From Chitinivibrionales bacterium (GTDB taxonomy: Bacteria; Fibrobacterota; Chitinivibrionia; Chitinivibrionales; JANQEN01): a stretch of DNA of 52,582 bases. The translations under genes were made by a program, and so were the position numbers. The number at the start of each line of letters is the position of its first letter. Position 1 is the stretch's first letter. The notes beneath the pieces are model-generated. The model saw only the letters and a list, made by a program, of their open reading frames with translations, was not told where the DNA came from and made no database searches. Below are positions 31,102 through 41,500 of this stretch, in pieces. The stretch covers positions 1-52,582 of the forward strand of contig JANQEN010000126.1 in NCBI GenBank assembly GCA_028278335.1. Reading direction: 5' to 3'.

Positions 31102-31874
31102 GAAAACGATTGATCTCCTGCTTAGATGTACGTGACGGAAAATTGGCCAAAAGTATCAAGTTTGTCAACACCAAGGATATCGGAGATCCCGTGTCCACGG
31201 CAAAAAAATACTATGATGAAGGGCTTGACGAATTAGTATTCTACGACATTACTGCCTCCAGTGACAAACGGGACATCATGATCGATGTGGTGAGCAACGT
31301 GGCCTCGCAGGTGTTTATCCCCTTTTCCGTTGGTGGCGGATTACGTACAGTAGAAGATTGTAGCAAAGTTCTTTTAGCCGGTGCAGAAAAGGTCAATGTC
31401 AATACTGCGGCAGTAAATAATCCTGAGCTTATTTCGGAAGCCTCTAAAGCGTTTGGTGCGCAATGCGTAGTGCTTTCCATGGATGTACGTCAGGTAGTAG
31501 GAACAAAGGATATTCCTTCGGGATATGAGATTGTGATAAATGGTGGTAGAACACCAATGGGTCTTGATGCGATTGCCTGGGCAAAACAGGGCGAAGATTT
31601 GGGTGCAGGAGAATTAGTGGTTAATTCGATTGATGCTGATGGTACCAAGGAGGGTTACGAGTTAAACCTTACTCGGACCATTGCAGAGGCGGTAAACATT
31701 CCGGTCATTGCCTCTGGTGGGGGTGGCAAACCAGAGCATCTCTATGATGTACTTACCGAAGGTAAAGCAGATGCAGCACTGATTGCCTCAATTCTTCACT
31801 ATGGTGAGTACTCGATTAAGGAGATTAAGGAGTATCTTATTGGACGGGGTATTCCTATGCGCATGATCTATTAA
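31080..31874 (+). CDS. hisF: Imidazole glycerol phosphate synthase cyclase subunit HisF (true start possibly ATG at 31095).
   Basis: 264 aa. (beta/alpha)8 HisA/HisF family: CLDVRDGK...VKG and two Gly-rich phosphate-binding segments (GGGL, SGGGG). Confidence 0.85.
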   Translation: MGRYSMLRKRLISCLDVRDGKLAKSIKFVNTKDIGDPVSTAKKYYDEGLDELVFYDITASSDKRDIMIDVVSNVASQVFIPFSVGGGLRTVEDCSKVLLAGAEKVNVNTAAVNNPELISEASKAFGAQCVVLSMDVRQVVGTKDIPSGYEIVINGGRTPMGLDAIAWAKQGEDLGAGELVVNSIDADGTKEGYELNLTRTIAEAVNIPVIASGGGGKPEHLYDVLTEGKADAALIASILHYGEYSIKEIKEYLIGRGIPMRMIY

Positions 31875-31883
31875 GGTGCATGC

Positions 31884-32576
31884 TCAAGTAAAGAGTCTGA
31901 ATATAAAGGATGTTATGTCGTCAACTAGGGAGGACTCCATGTTGGTGTATGTAAAGCTGTCTGCCCGTCCCTCTTGCATGGCTTTGCGATTGTAGGCTTC
32001 TTGCTCTAAACGCTTTTCCTGGACGCGGCGCTGTTGCTCCTTCTCTTTTTCAACCATTCTCTTTTTGTCTAAGATCTCACCACCAGCCTTTTTCCACTCC
32101 ACAATTCGTTTGAGCTCTCCACCGTCAACCCAAACACCATGCTTTTTGCACCGGTCAACAATGATTCCACTTCGAGCGCCAAAATTATTGCGATGCATTA
32201 ATTCGCCACACACGGGGCATTTGCGATATACAACGGTTCTTTTAGTATAATCTTGGTTGGCAGTTATCTTATTGAGTTTGCTAAAATCTACACCCGATGG
32301 TGGCGTTACGTTTTTCTCCAGATAAGCTTCAAGTTCATGACAGTCAAAAAACATACCCAGGCAGGTAGTGCATCGCTCAATAAAGAGGGTGCCATCGGAG
32401 TCAAGGTCAATGGTTTGTAACTTTGTTGTGCATTGGGGGCAGAGGCGGTCACTTTCGTGGTCAACCGGGGAACTGATATGAGCATCAGCTAGGTCGATGT
32501 CATTAAAGGTACCGCAATAGTCGCAGACATAATTGCCAATCACAAGCGGGGCCGAGCAGTTCACACAGTTTGGCAT
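31884..32576 (-). CDS. Zinc-ribbon protein with two TFIIB-type zinc-finger domains (zf-TFIIB-like), YdjG-like.
   Basis: 230 aa. N-terminal CxxC...CxxC. Two copies of CPxC...(D/E)xC...G(V/M)(W/F)xDxxEL. Lys/Glu-rich C-terminal helix. Confidence 0.6.
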   Translation of the reverse strand: MPNCVNCSAPLVIGNYVCDYCGTFNDIDLADAHISSPVDHESDRLCPQCTTKLQTIDLDSDGTLFIERCTTCLGMFFDCHELEAYLEKNVTPPSGVDFSKLNKITANQDYTKRTVVYRKCPVCGELMHRNNFGARSGIIVDRCKKHGVWVDGGELKRIVEWKKAGGEILDKKRMVEKEKEQQRRVQEKRLEQEAYNRKAMQEGRADSFTYTNMESSLVDDITSFIFRLFT

Positions 32577-32593
32577 TGGATTTCTCCTAAGGA

Positions 32594-33616
32594 CTATAGT
32601 CGATCCAGGATCTCTTTCTTTTTGGCAGCATACTCTTCCTGGGTAATGAGCTCTTCTTCGTACATCTTCTTTAATTTTGCCAGTGTAGCCATAGGGTCCG
32701 CTGTTTGATTGGAATTCTGTTGCTCCTGCGGAGCCATTGCACCGGTCATAATGTTACCGAAACCAATTCCCGCACCAATACCCATGCCCACACCAGCTCC
32801 GCCACCTTCATTCTTTGCTGCATCACGCATAGCATCAAGTTGTTGCATCTGAGTATAATCGAGCCCAACCGATTCCGCAGCATGGGCATCGGCCTTTACA
32901 TCAGCAATACGGTTGATCCTCTTCATAGTTTCTTCATCAAAACTGGTGCCCTCAATACGAAAGTCGGTAATAGTAAAGCCCACCTTGTCAAACTCAGGCT
33001 CTAACCGCTCTTGAATATCCTGGGCAATCTCCTCTCGCTTTGCATCAATGTCACCATAGGAAAACTTCTCCTCTGCAAAGTAATCGGTTAAGGGTTGGGT
33101 GATTCGATCACCCATTACTTCCCGTAATTGCCCGGCAGAATAAAAGGAAGCGCCGCCAACAACGTTGATAAAGAAGTCCTGGGGACGGGTAATGCGAACA
33201 CTGTAGTTGCCATACGCCTTTAATCCAACAGGAAAAGAGTAAACCGGGTCGATATATTTGATGGTGTTGGTGGTGCCCCATTTTTGGTCCAAGATTTTGG
33301 TCGTTCTAAAAAAGAAGATGCCCACCTGATGTTCGCTTTTAAAGGATTGCATTATTCGGCTGATGGTTGTCCAAAAGGGAATGTTTTCAGTTTCTAAATC
33401 AACAATACACTCTTCAGTAAAGATATCTTCGACCTGACCTTCGTACACAAATATACAGCCCTGCCCAGGCCCGACAATAAGTTTAGAGGCGTTCTTTATC
33501 TCATCACCGTTATCGGTCCAGCGGTAGAAGAGTTGATTTGTACCAGGATCTTCCCACTCGATAACTGAACGAAGTTGTCGTTTAATTCCTTCAAAAAGAG
33601 ACATGGCTACCTCCAA
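32594..33616 (-). CDS. SPFH/Band 7 family protein (Band_7_1, YdjI-like) with a C-terminal SHOCT domain.
   Basis: 340 aa. SPFH-like core. Gly-rich linker. C-terminal LAKLKKMYEEELITQEEYAAKKKEIL matches SHOCT. Likely co-transcribed with the downstream zinc-ribbon gene. Confidence 0.6.
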   Translation of the reverse strand: MEVAMSLFEGIKRQLRSVIEWEDPGTNQLFYRWTDNGDEIKNASKLIVGPGQGCIFVYEGQVEDIFTEECIVDLETENIPFWTTISRIMQSFKSEHQVGIFFFRTTKILDQKWGTTNTIKYIDPVYSFPVGLKAYGNYSVRITRPQDFFINVVGGASFYSAGQLREVMGDRITQPLTDYFAEEKFSYGDIDAKREEIAQDIQERLEPEFDKVGFTITDFRIEGTSFDEETMKRINRIADVKADAHAAESVGLDYTQMQQLDAMRDAAKNEGGGAGVGMGIGAGIGFGNIMTGAMAPQEQQNSNQTADPMATLAKLKKMYEEELITQEEYAAKKKEILDRL

Positions 33617-33818
33617 AAAAATATAGCACTGTTTCTGACAGAATGAATGTACGTTTTGATTATACTATTCGTGTCTATAGTAATACATAGGTTCTTTAAG
33701 AAATTAATGCTAGGAGCATTTAGGTATCTGCTCATATTGTTTTTGCTGATTGTGTAGGATGGACAAGTAAACTTAATCATTTTTGCAGTTTATTAAGATC
33801 GTCGAGATACTGCCCGAC

Positions 33819-33990
33819 AGCACTGTGTCGAAGGCGCAGCCCGTAGGGTGTTTGCCAGGATGGCAAACATGAACGAAACACACCCCGCAATCGCACTGAT
33901 CGCCTCAGGTCCAGGCACTCGTTAAACTCGGCTTCGCCTCGAACAGCCACTCGTACTATTCTGAACCATTCGGCGGTGCGATTGAAGGGG
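33819..33990 (-). repeat. GC-rich structured repeat element, copy B (inverted relative to copy A).
   Basis: Reverse complement aligns with 21842-21871 and 22000-22096 of copy A. Same hairpins (tgtttgcca-tcc-tggcaaaca). Lies ~180 nt upstream of the SPFH gene start on the minus strand. Confidence 0.6.
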
Positions 33991-34049
33991 AATAAAATCA
34001 TCATTATAGATCGATTCGTTAATAAAACTAAAAAGAAGTACACCTATTA

Positions 34050-34892
34050 TTATAGCTCTATAGATGGAGTGGTTGAGTCTTTTACAAAAACCGACTCTAA
34101 GGGTATAACGGTGTCCAGTGCATAGGCTTTCTCTTTTATCTCTTTCTCGATAGCACTAATGCGGGCCTCTGGGTTTGGATGGGTAGAGAAAAAATATTTA
34201 AACTTCTGCAAGGCACCTTTCTCCTTAAGAGAGATGAAAAAGTCTGTGGCACCACCCACATGACCATACTGTTTTGCAAGGAGGCTTAGGGCAAAGAGGT
34301 CTGCGGCACTCTCCTGATCTTGAGAGAAGGTCATCTCTGAGATAGTGAGGCTCTCCATGAGTAGTTGACTCAGGGGATTGTCTCCACCAAAGATTGTTGT
34401 AGCGATAACCGCGAGAATCAAAGCTCGCCCCATGCCCCGTAAATGGTCGCGATGCATAAAATGTCCTAGCTCATGAGCCATGACAAAGGATAGTCCATTT
34501 TCTGAATCAATTTTATCGATCAATCCCTTATACATAACCACTCGACCACCAGGGAGTGCAAAGGCATTGACCACATCTTTCTTGGAAACTGTCAAGGAGA
34601 AGGAGTGCTTGGTGTCTGGCAAATGGTTCACCAATTGATGAAAGAGTGTGTCTAGTTTTTTGCTCTCTGTAGTTCTATGGGCATTTTCAAATTTGCTATA
34701 GAGCAGTGAGCCCAGTTTATTCTCAAAATCAACGGAAATCCTTGGGACAATAAGATCAACCAGAAGCCCTAGGGCAATAAAGAGGGTAATGCCAATTCCC
34801 AAAAGTCCGCCAATCAAAATAACAAACTCCTTAATCGGCGAAGTCTTGGAGACGTTTACATTACCCTCAATCCTTTTTGGTGTAAATTTCAT
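34050..34892 (-). CDS. M48 family zinc metallopeptidase (HtpX-like) with N-terminal TM.
   Basis: 280 aa. HELGH (HExxH) zinc-binding motif. Downstream Glu. N-terminal membrane anchor. Confidence 0.8.
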   Translation of the reverse strand: MKFTPKRIEGNVNVSKTSPIKEFVILIGGLLGIGITLFIALGLLVDLIVPRISVDFENKLGSLLYSKFENAHRTTESKKLDTLFHQLVNHLPDTKHSFSLTVSKKDVVNAFALPGGRVVMYKGLIDKIDSENGLSFVMAHELGHFMHRDHLRGMGRALILAVIATTIFGGDNPLSQLLMESLTISEMTFSQDQESAADLFALSLLAKQYGHVGGATDFFISLKEKGALQKFKYFFSTHPNPEARISAIEKEIKEKAYALDTVIPLESVFVKDSTTPSIEL

Positions 34893-35344
34893 GCTTCCTT
34901 AAAGGAGAGTGCTGTGCCATAGGCGATTGCCTCAACGCTTCCCAGACTATTTTTTCGATTAGCACTTTTTCCTATAGAAGCAGTCTCGATGCGAACGTTG
35001 ACAATACAATTGGCATTGGTTGCCATTGACTTCATGCGAAGCACTGCTTCGCGCCGGGCTCGATCAAGAAGGCTCTCATAGGCACCCACTTCTCCACCGA
35101 AAATATTGCGCAGGGCTGCAAGGATGCGCTTGAAGTAGTCAATGGAAATCACCGCGCTTCCGTAAACCAGTGTAGAGGAGGCAACATTTTCTATGGGAGT
35201 CATTTTTTCGGAGAAGGTTACCGCTGGAAGATTGAGAAATTCCTCTTCCCGCTTCTTTATTGACTGATAATGCTTTTTCTCTGCGTGATGTCCTGCATAG
35301 TAGCCAAGAGCAATAAGGAGAATTAAGATTATAATATTTGTCAT
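34889..35344 (-). CDS. YbjQ/UPF0145 (DUF74) family protein with N-terminal TM anchor.
   Basis: 151 aa. C-terminal 100 aa homologous to the adjacent YbjQ paralog. 4-bp overlap with the M48 gene. Confidence 0.65.
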   Translation of the reverse strand: MTNIIILILLIALGYYAGHHAEKKHYQSIKKREEEFLNLPAVTFSEKMTPIENVASSTLVYGSAVISIDYFKRILAALRNIFGGEVGAYESLLDRARREAVLRMKSMATNANCIVNVRIETASIGKSANRKNSLGSVEAIAYGTALSFKEA

Positions 35345-35356
35345 GGTTAGGCTCCC

Positions 35357-35671
35357 TTATTGGACTTTTACCGCTGTGCCATAGACATACAATTCTGCAG
35401 CACCCTGGGCAACTGAGGAGGTGGCAAAACGAACATTGACAATAGCGTTTGCCCCAAGTTGCTCTGCCTGTTCAACCATACGGTCCATGGATTGGTGGCG
35501 GGATTCCTGTAAAAGTTCGGTGTATCCCTTGAGTTCGCCCCCGACAATATTTTTTAAACCCGCCAGAATATCTTTGCCCACATGCTTTGCTCTAACGGTA
35601 CTTCCGGAAACCAGACCGAAATGTTCAACAATAGTTTTACCCGGAACTGTCTCTGTGTTTGTGAGTATCAT
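35357..35671 (-). CDS. YbjQ/UPF0145 (DUF74) family protein.
   Basis: 104 aa. Typical YbjQ sequence (GGELKGYTELL...AIVNVRF). Confidence 0.75.
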   Translation of the reverse strand: MILTNTETVPGKTIVEHFGLVSGSTVRAKHVGKDILAGLKNIVGGELKGYTELLQESRHQSMDRMVEQAEQLGANAIVNVRFATSSVAQGAAELYVYGTAVKVQ

Positions 35672-35830
35672 ATATGACTCCTGTAAAATGGTATTGATGG
35701 TGAATTTAGCTATTTGCTACTCTTAATATAATACATTCACTGCTATTGACAAGATAAAGGACTCTCTCGTTAATATCCAGTATGCATAACTAAGGGCAGT
35801 TTGTCATTGTCAATTATCACAAAGGAATGG

Positions 35831-37024
35831 CTAAGATAATTTTTCTTTAATGCGTTCCCAGGCTGGTCGAGAGCTTTCTATAATTGACTTGTCTATGCAA
35901 TAGGTCATGCGAAAGTAGCCGGGGTAGCCAAAACCACTTCCCGGTACAGTAATAATGTTCTCTGTCATGAGAAGGTCGACAAATTCTTTGTCTGTAAATC
36001 CATTGGGTGCCTTTGGAAAAAAGTAGAAGGCTCCCTTGGGCATGGTATACTCAATACAACAGAGATCAAGTAATTGGGCCATTGCCTTTCGGCGTTCATT
36101 GTAAATAGAAACATCTACTCCAGAGGAGAGTGCCTTACAAACAATCTGTTGGCCTATGACTGGAGCGTTAACAAATCCTAAAATTCTATTTGAAAGGATG
36201 AGACCGTCCAGTAGAAGTTCAACTCCTTCCATTGCAGGATTAACTGCTATAAATCCAACCCGTTCTCCTGCCATGGATAAACTTTTGGAGAAGGAGCTTA
36301 CTATGATAGTATGATCGTATGCGGGCATAACTGGAGGGACTGTGACATTGTCATAGGTCAAGAAGCGATAGGGTTCGTCTGAAATGAGAAAAATCGGCTT
36401 TCCATACTGGAGAGACTTCTCTTTAAGGATCGTACCAATAGCGTTGATCTCCTCTTGAGAATAGACAACACCAGTAGGATTGTTAGGAGAGTTGATTATC
36501 ATGGCTCGAGTTTTAGGACCAATTGCCTTTGCTAAGGCTTCAATATCTATTTCAAAACTTAGGGGCTTGGCCTTCACGGTCTTAAGGGTTCCACCATGGT
36601 TGCTGCAATAAAAATTGTATTCCACAAAGTAAGGCGCAAAACAGACAATCTCATCACCAGGGGAAAGGGTTGAACGAAAAATGGTATTTATCGCTCCTGC
36701 AGCTCCTGTTGTTACAACCACATGATTCGCAGCAACCTCTGTATCCTGCTCCTTGCTTATCATTTTAGCCAGCGCTGCACGCGTATCGGGTCTTCCAGCA
36801 TTGGGACAATAGCCAAGGGAGAGTGGTTGATCAATTGACCTGGTGATCTCCTTTAGTACCGAACTCACAGACTCAGGTGGAGGGACATCGGGATTTCCTA
36901 AGCTAAAGTCAAAAACGTTATCTGCACCAAACTTGGCCTTAAGCTCAGCAGCCTCCTCAAACATGCGACGAATCCAGGACTGTGTTTTTATATACTCTTC
37001 TATCTGTGGTGTAACCAGTGCCAT
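35831..37024 (-). CDS. PLP-dependent aminotransferase, class I/II (aspartate/alanine aminotransferase-like).
   Basis: 397 aa. PLP-lysine motif SFSKSLSMAGERVGF. Fold-type I pattern. Confidence 0.8.
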   Translation of the reverse strand: MALVTPQIEEYIKTQSWIRRMFEEAAELKAKFGADNVFDFSLGNPDVPPPESVSSVLKEITRSIDQPLSLGYCPNAGRPDTRAALAKMISKEQDTEVAANHVVVTTGAAGAINTIFRSTLSPGDEIVCFAPYFVEYNFYCSNHGGTLKTVKAKPLSFEIDIEALAKAIGPKTRAMIINSPNNPTGVVYSQEEINAIGTILKEKSLQYGKPIFLISDEPYRFLTYDNVTVPPVMPAYDHTIIVSSFSKSLSMAGERVGFIAVNPAMEGVELLLDGLILSNRILGFVNAPVIGQQIVCKALSSGVDVSIYNERRKAMAQLLDLCCIEYTMPKGAFYFFPKAPNGFTDKEFVDLLMTENIITVPGSGFGYPGYFRMTYCIDKSIIESSRPAWERIKEKLS

Positions 37025-37067
37025 ACAATTTCCTTTATGTAAAACTCTAACTGTAGTTTACTAATAG

Positions 37068-38312
37068 TTATGCAATGAGTCCTTGGATGCGGGAATCCAA
37101 GGCTGCCTGATCTTGGGTGAATGAGGCTAATCCGGCAATGTTTAGTAGAGTGTCAATGGCAACGTCGCCCGCTTTAACGCGCTCTTGCCATTTAGCATGG
37201 ACGGGAATTTTGCCATCTTTATCCAGTAGATCCAGATCTTCCGGAGAGAGTCGGGGAAACATGTCGCCGCACCCTACACTGTGGGCTCGTGATATAAGTT
37301 CATCACTGCTCTTTGGAGGATTTGCGTCTAAGTCAAGTGCTAAAGCTCGCTCTTTGTCTGTAACGTCCCAGAGAGTCTCCATGCGGACACTCTGAGGATC
37401 AACATCTTCATGAAGGGAAACGGCTAAGTCGACATCTTTCTGAGAAGTAAACTGAGGTTGTAGAGAGTTGTAACCCTCCTCAGCAACCTTTGTCGGCATC
37501 GTATAGACGTCGGTTCCTGCAAGGGTGGCTAATTGACTTCCCGATCGCATACTTGCTGCAATTTGCTTGGTTGGTTTTGGGTTGTTGGCGGTGAGCTCGT
37601 GAACTATATGTTGGCTTGCAAAGGTTGCCTTTTCGCCGACGTTCTCGCCACTTCCCAATTTGTTGCCGGAAAAATAGGCATTGAGTCTTCCTAAAAAGAT
37701 GTTGAGATAATCGGGTTTTACGACCGATGCTATGATCGCGTTTTGGCGTGCGCTAAAGTTGAGCGTAAAGTTAAGCGTGACGCCCGCCTCATGCAATGCT
37801 CGAGCACCAAGCAAGCCGGAAGGGGTCAGTGGCACCTTGACAATAAAATTGCTTGGGCAGATATCAAAGAGTCGTTTACCATAGGCAACTGTTCGTTCTA
37901 CATCGTGAGAAAGATCCGTGTGGAGTTCAACACTTACTTTTCCGCTAAATCTATCGACCAAGCGTAGACCATGCTTTGCATTTAGGACAAAGGCGATCTC
38001 AATAATCCTATCGGTCAATGGTAATTCTTTTAGGAGTGTGTTAACTTCCTTTATGGTCTCGTCGTAAATGCCCTTTTGTATCTCTTTGTTTAGCAGGGTG
38101 TTGTTGGTGGTAAGAGCGCTCATCTCTTTTTTCCAGATTCGACCAGCTTCATCAATGTCGCCAGTGTCAAGCCATAGCTCTGTGCCTGTTGCTTTTAAGG
38201 CTTGCCAAAAGCTATCTCCTTCAGCGTGAATCGGATTAGTATCTTTTGTGCTGTCATTTAAGAGAAACGATTTAATGGTTTTGTGAACATCGCTATTAAG
38301 CTCAGCTGTCAT
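37068..38312 (-). CDS. tal: Transaldolase-family protein (long form).
   Basis: 414 aa. LWLDTGD motif. Schiff-base lysine region VKVPLTPSGLLGARALHEAGVTLNFTLNFS. Confidence 0.7.
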   Translation of the reverse strand: MTAELNSDVHKTIKSFLLNDSTKDTNPIHAEGDSFWQALKATGTELWLDTGDIDEAGRIWKKEMSALTTNNTLLNKEIQKGIYDETIKEVNTLLKELPLTDRIIEIAFVLNAKHGLRLVDRFSGKVSVELHTDLSHDVERTVAYGKRLFDICPSNFIVKVPLTPSGLLGARALHEAGVTLNFTLNFSARQNAIIASVVKPDYLNIFLGRLNAYFSGNKLGSGENVGEKATFASQHIVHELTANNPKPTKQIAASMRSGSQLATLAGTDVYTMPTKVAEEGYNSLQPQFTSQKDVDLAVSLHEDVDPQSVRMETLWDVTDKERALALDLDANPPKSSDELISRAHSVGCGDMFPRLSPEDLDLLDKDGKIPVHAKWQERVKAGDVAIDTLLNIAGLASFTQDQAALDSRIQGLIA

Positions 38313-38573
38313 CCTATCCTCCGGAAAAGTAAATACTTAAAAAATATAATTAGCTTGTTAGTTGATTTAATGATACTGGTATTATTATGGAAATACAAGC
38401 ATCTATTGTTTTGGAATACTTACTACTCTGCCCCACTAATCTATTACCAAAATGTTATACTTAAATATACACTTTATTTATAAGTTTATAATTAGGAAAA
38501 AGTAAATTATTTTATTGTGTATTGGTAATGCATGGTTGCGATGTTTTCACCAATTTGGAGGGAATAAGTAGTA

Positions 38574-41500
38574 ATGAATGAAAAGACTTGCTGTCGGTGC
38601 ATTGAATATGATAAGAATCCATTAAGCCTGATATATCCTAGACACAGAAATTTTGTTATTCATGACTTCGCTCGATCTTCTGAGCCTTTAACAGAGAGTC
38701 AGAATACGGAGATTGTTGAACTACTGAAGCGGCATGATAATAGCATTCGCGATAAAATTGACAAGCGGTCTTTTACTCGAGAAAAGCTTGAGGTGGCGTC
38801 GGTTCTTGAGAAGAATGGATTCGCGACGATATCATCGACCTTACGGACCGCCATAGCCTGTAATGCCCCTGCCGGTCTTGCTCGTGCGGTAAATAATTTT
38901 CAAATTAAGTACAATGTAACAATATATGCATTGAATACGACCATAGATACTAGGCCGGTTATTTTGCTACTTTCAAAAAATAACCTTAATGTTTCAGAGA
39001 GAAAAAGATCTCTCCTTCACGAGGCCTTTGCTATTTCTGGGAACACCCATGATTTTACCTGTACAGTTGAAAATGACCTGTTAAACCAACTGCATGCCAC
39101 CGATATAGAGGCTCCTTCCCGCTCAACGAATTTAACAACCTACACCGGACGATACAAGTTGCTTATTTCAGAGCTTAAAAATCTTTTAGGTCGAGATCGA
39201 GAGCTCACTATAGCTGATTTTGGATGTGGATTCGACTCAGAAAAGTTTATTCCCGTTTCTCTATTAGAGACAAAACAGGCCTTAGACCCCAACGGTGATC
39301 GTCAGCTTAAGTTTATTGCCGAAGATCAGATTTATCCCTTTTATGTATTAGCCAGTGAAGGCGACATCCCCTCATTAATTTTTGATGACAATGGAAAATT
39401 AATTGCCTTTAAATCAACAGCCGGACATTTAGTGGACTGCCAAAAACAATTGAAGGTGTCCTATCGCTCTCATGATGTTCGAAAAAAAGAGCGCGCCTTT
39501 ATTATTAAGAACCGCGCACTCTACGAAGAGGTCCTTCAGGTGAAATTGGACACGCTTAAGGAAATACGCCCAGAAGTCAAGGTAGAGCTGCCCAAGTATA
39601 AATTGATAAAAGACCCGCTTCTTAATGTCATTAAAGAGGGGGTTGATTTTGTCTATGATAGTGCCTTTGGCATTAGCAAAAAAGAGTCGATTGATGTGGG
39701 CATTGTTTATAACGTGTTTTTACACTACTCTGCCCATGAGGCCCATAAATTCATTAAGATCATGTCTCCCCAAATAAAAGAGGGGGGGTATCTAATTGTC
39801 GGTGAAATTCTTGACTACGGAAAAGAGTCAGTAAAAGAAGAGGTCATGGTTTTCAAAAAGGAGAACGGACACCTTAGACGTTATGAGTTTATTTTTTGGG
39901 TTAAACCCGGTTTTGACGAACGACCGGTTGTCCTCTCCAATTGTAATGCCTGTATAACGCCGCACCAATACGAAAAGCTGAGCAACTTTTTTAGAACAAA
40001 AGAGTATTATGATTCTGGTGAAATCCTAGGATATGAGACCTTCAATCCTCGAGCGGTTGTCGAGGACCTTCGCAGACGTCTTGGTATTGTTGCCTTGGTG
40101 CATGAAACCGATGCGGTATTGATAGAATTTGATTCACAGGGAAAATTAAAAAAGCTTCCCGAGCATGCCAGTTCAAAGGAGGTGCCAAAATTAAATGTCT
40201 CGATAAAAGCAATCCGACGATGGAAAGAGCGCAATAGAAAGCGCCCCATTGATGATGCCTACATCCGAGAACTGAAACGGATCACCATGGATCTCTACAA
40301 TCATAACCGGATTTATCGATTGCCTATTGGGCAACGAATGATATTTTCTCGTATTGTTTTTAACCGAAAAGACTTTCCTGTAGTCAATGCTGCGGTCTCT
40401 TCAATTTTTCGAACACTTACGGCTAAGGATTGCTCCTGTAAAATTGATCCAAAAAAGACACTCCCCATTATCCCACCTGAAGCCTATCATATCCTGGCAA
40501 ACAGGCTCTCAGTTTACGAAGGGCAGTGCTCCATGGAAGATAACAGAACTATTCGATTTCTGCTCAATGTGATTATATTCGACTTTATCCGTGTGGGCGA
40601 AAAGAGAGTTGCCGAACTTCTTTGGCTAATTGATGAGATAGAAAAGGAGCTTGCAGAACCAGGAACAGGAAAACTCCCGGTAATCATTGCAATGCAGGAC
40701 CTTCATGGTGGATCTCGACGAGCTCTTGCTCTTATTGGGCATGCCATGGGACTTCATAAAAATATTTACCACCAGGTCCATAATATTGACGACTTAAAGC
40801 TGGCCTTAGAGGAGCAGGATATCAATATTCGAAATATGGATATTCGCTTTATTGGTATGAATGATAAATATGATCGTGGAGAGGATCCCAGTGGTGTCTT
40901 TGGTGTTGTCGAGTGGTTGCGCAATTTACGAAAGGCAAAACCCTTCGTGGGTAACCATGATTTCTGGCGCCTCATATCTGTTCTTGGTGTACATCTGGTT
41001 CCTGGTGTGTCAAAAGAGAGAAATCATGGAATCGGTTATTGGTCAGAGGATGCTATGAAACATGCTGGATGGGGAACTATAGAGCTTGATCAGATAAACG
41101 AGTGGCGTTTTAACATCGAGTTAGAGCGAGTGAACACTGTTTTACAAGTCAATGATTTGGAACCGTTTAAGAAAATAGACATTGGGAAATTTAGGGCCAG
41201 CATTGATAAGGAGATGAAGGAAATTAAAAAGCTCAATGCTGATATCAGACGTCACAATGAGCTACATAAAGATGATCCTACCTATCAACGTAAAGAGGAA
41301 CACCCTCTTCCCAATATTTTTATCCAAACATTGGATTATTTGCGTACCCAGCATGTGCATACCAATACAAAGATAGCGATTCTTAATGAGGATAAAAGAT
41401 TAAATATTCATCCAATAGAGTATCGAGAAGTCAATCTTGAAAATTATCGGGAGGATCCGGATATTATTGCTCGCACGCTCTGGGAGTTAAAAAACTTTCG

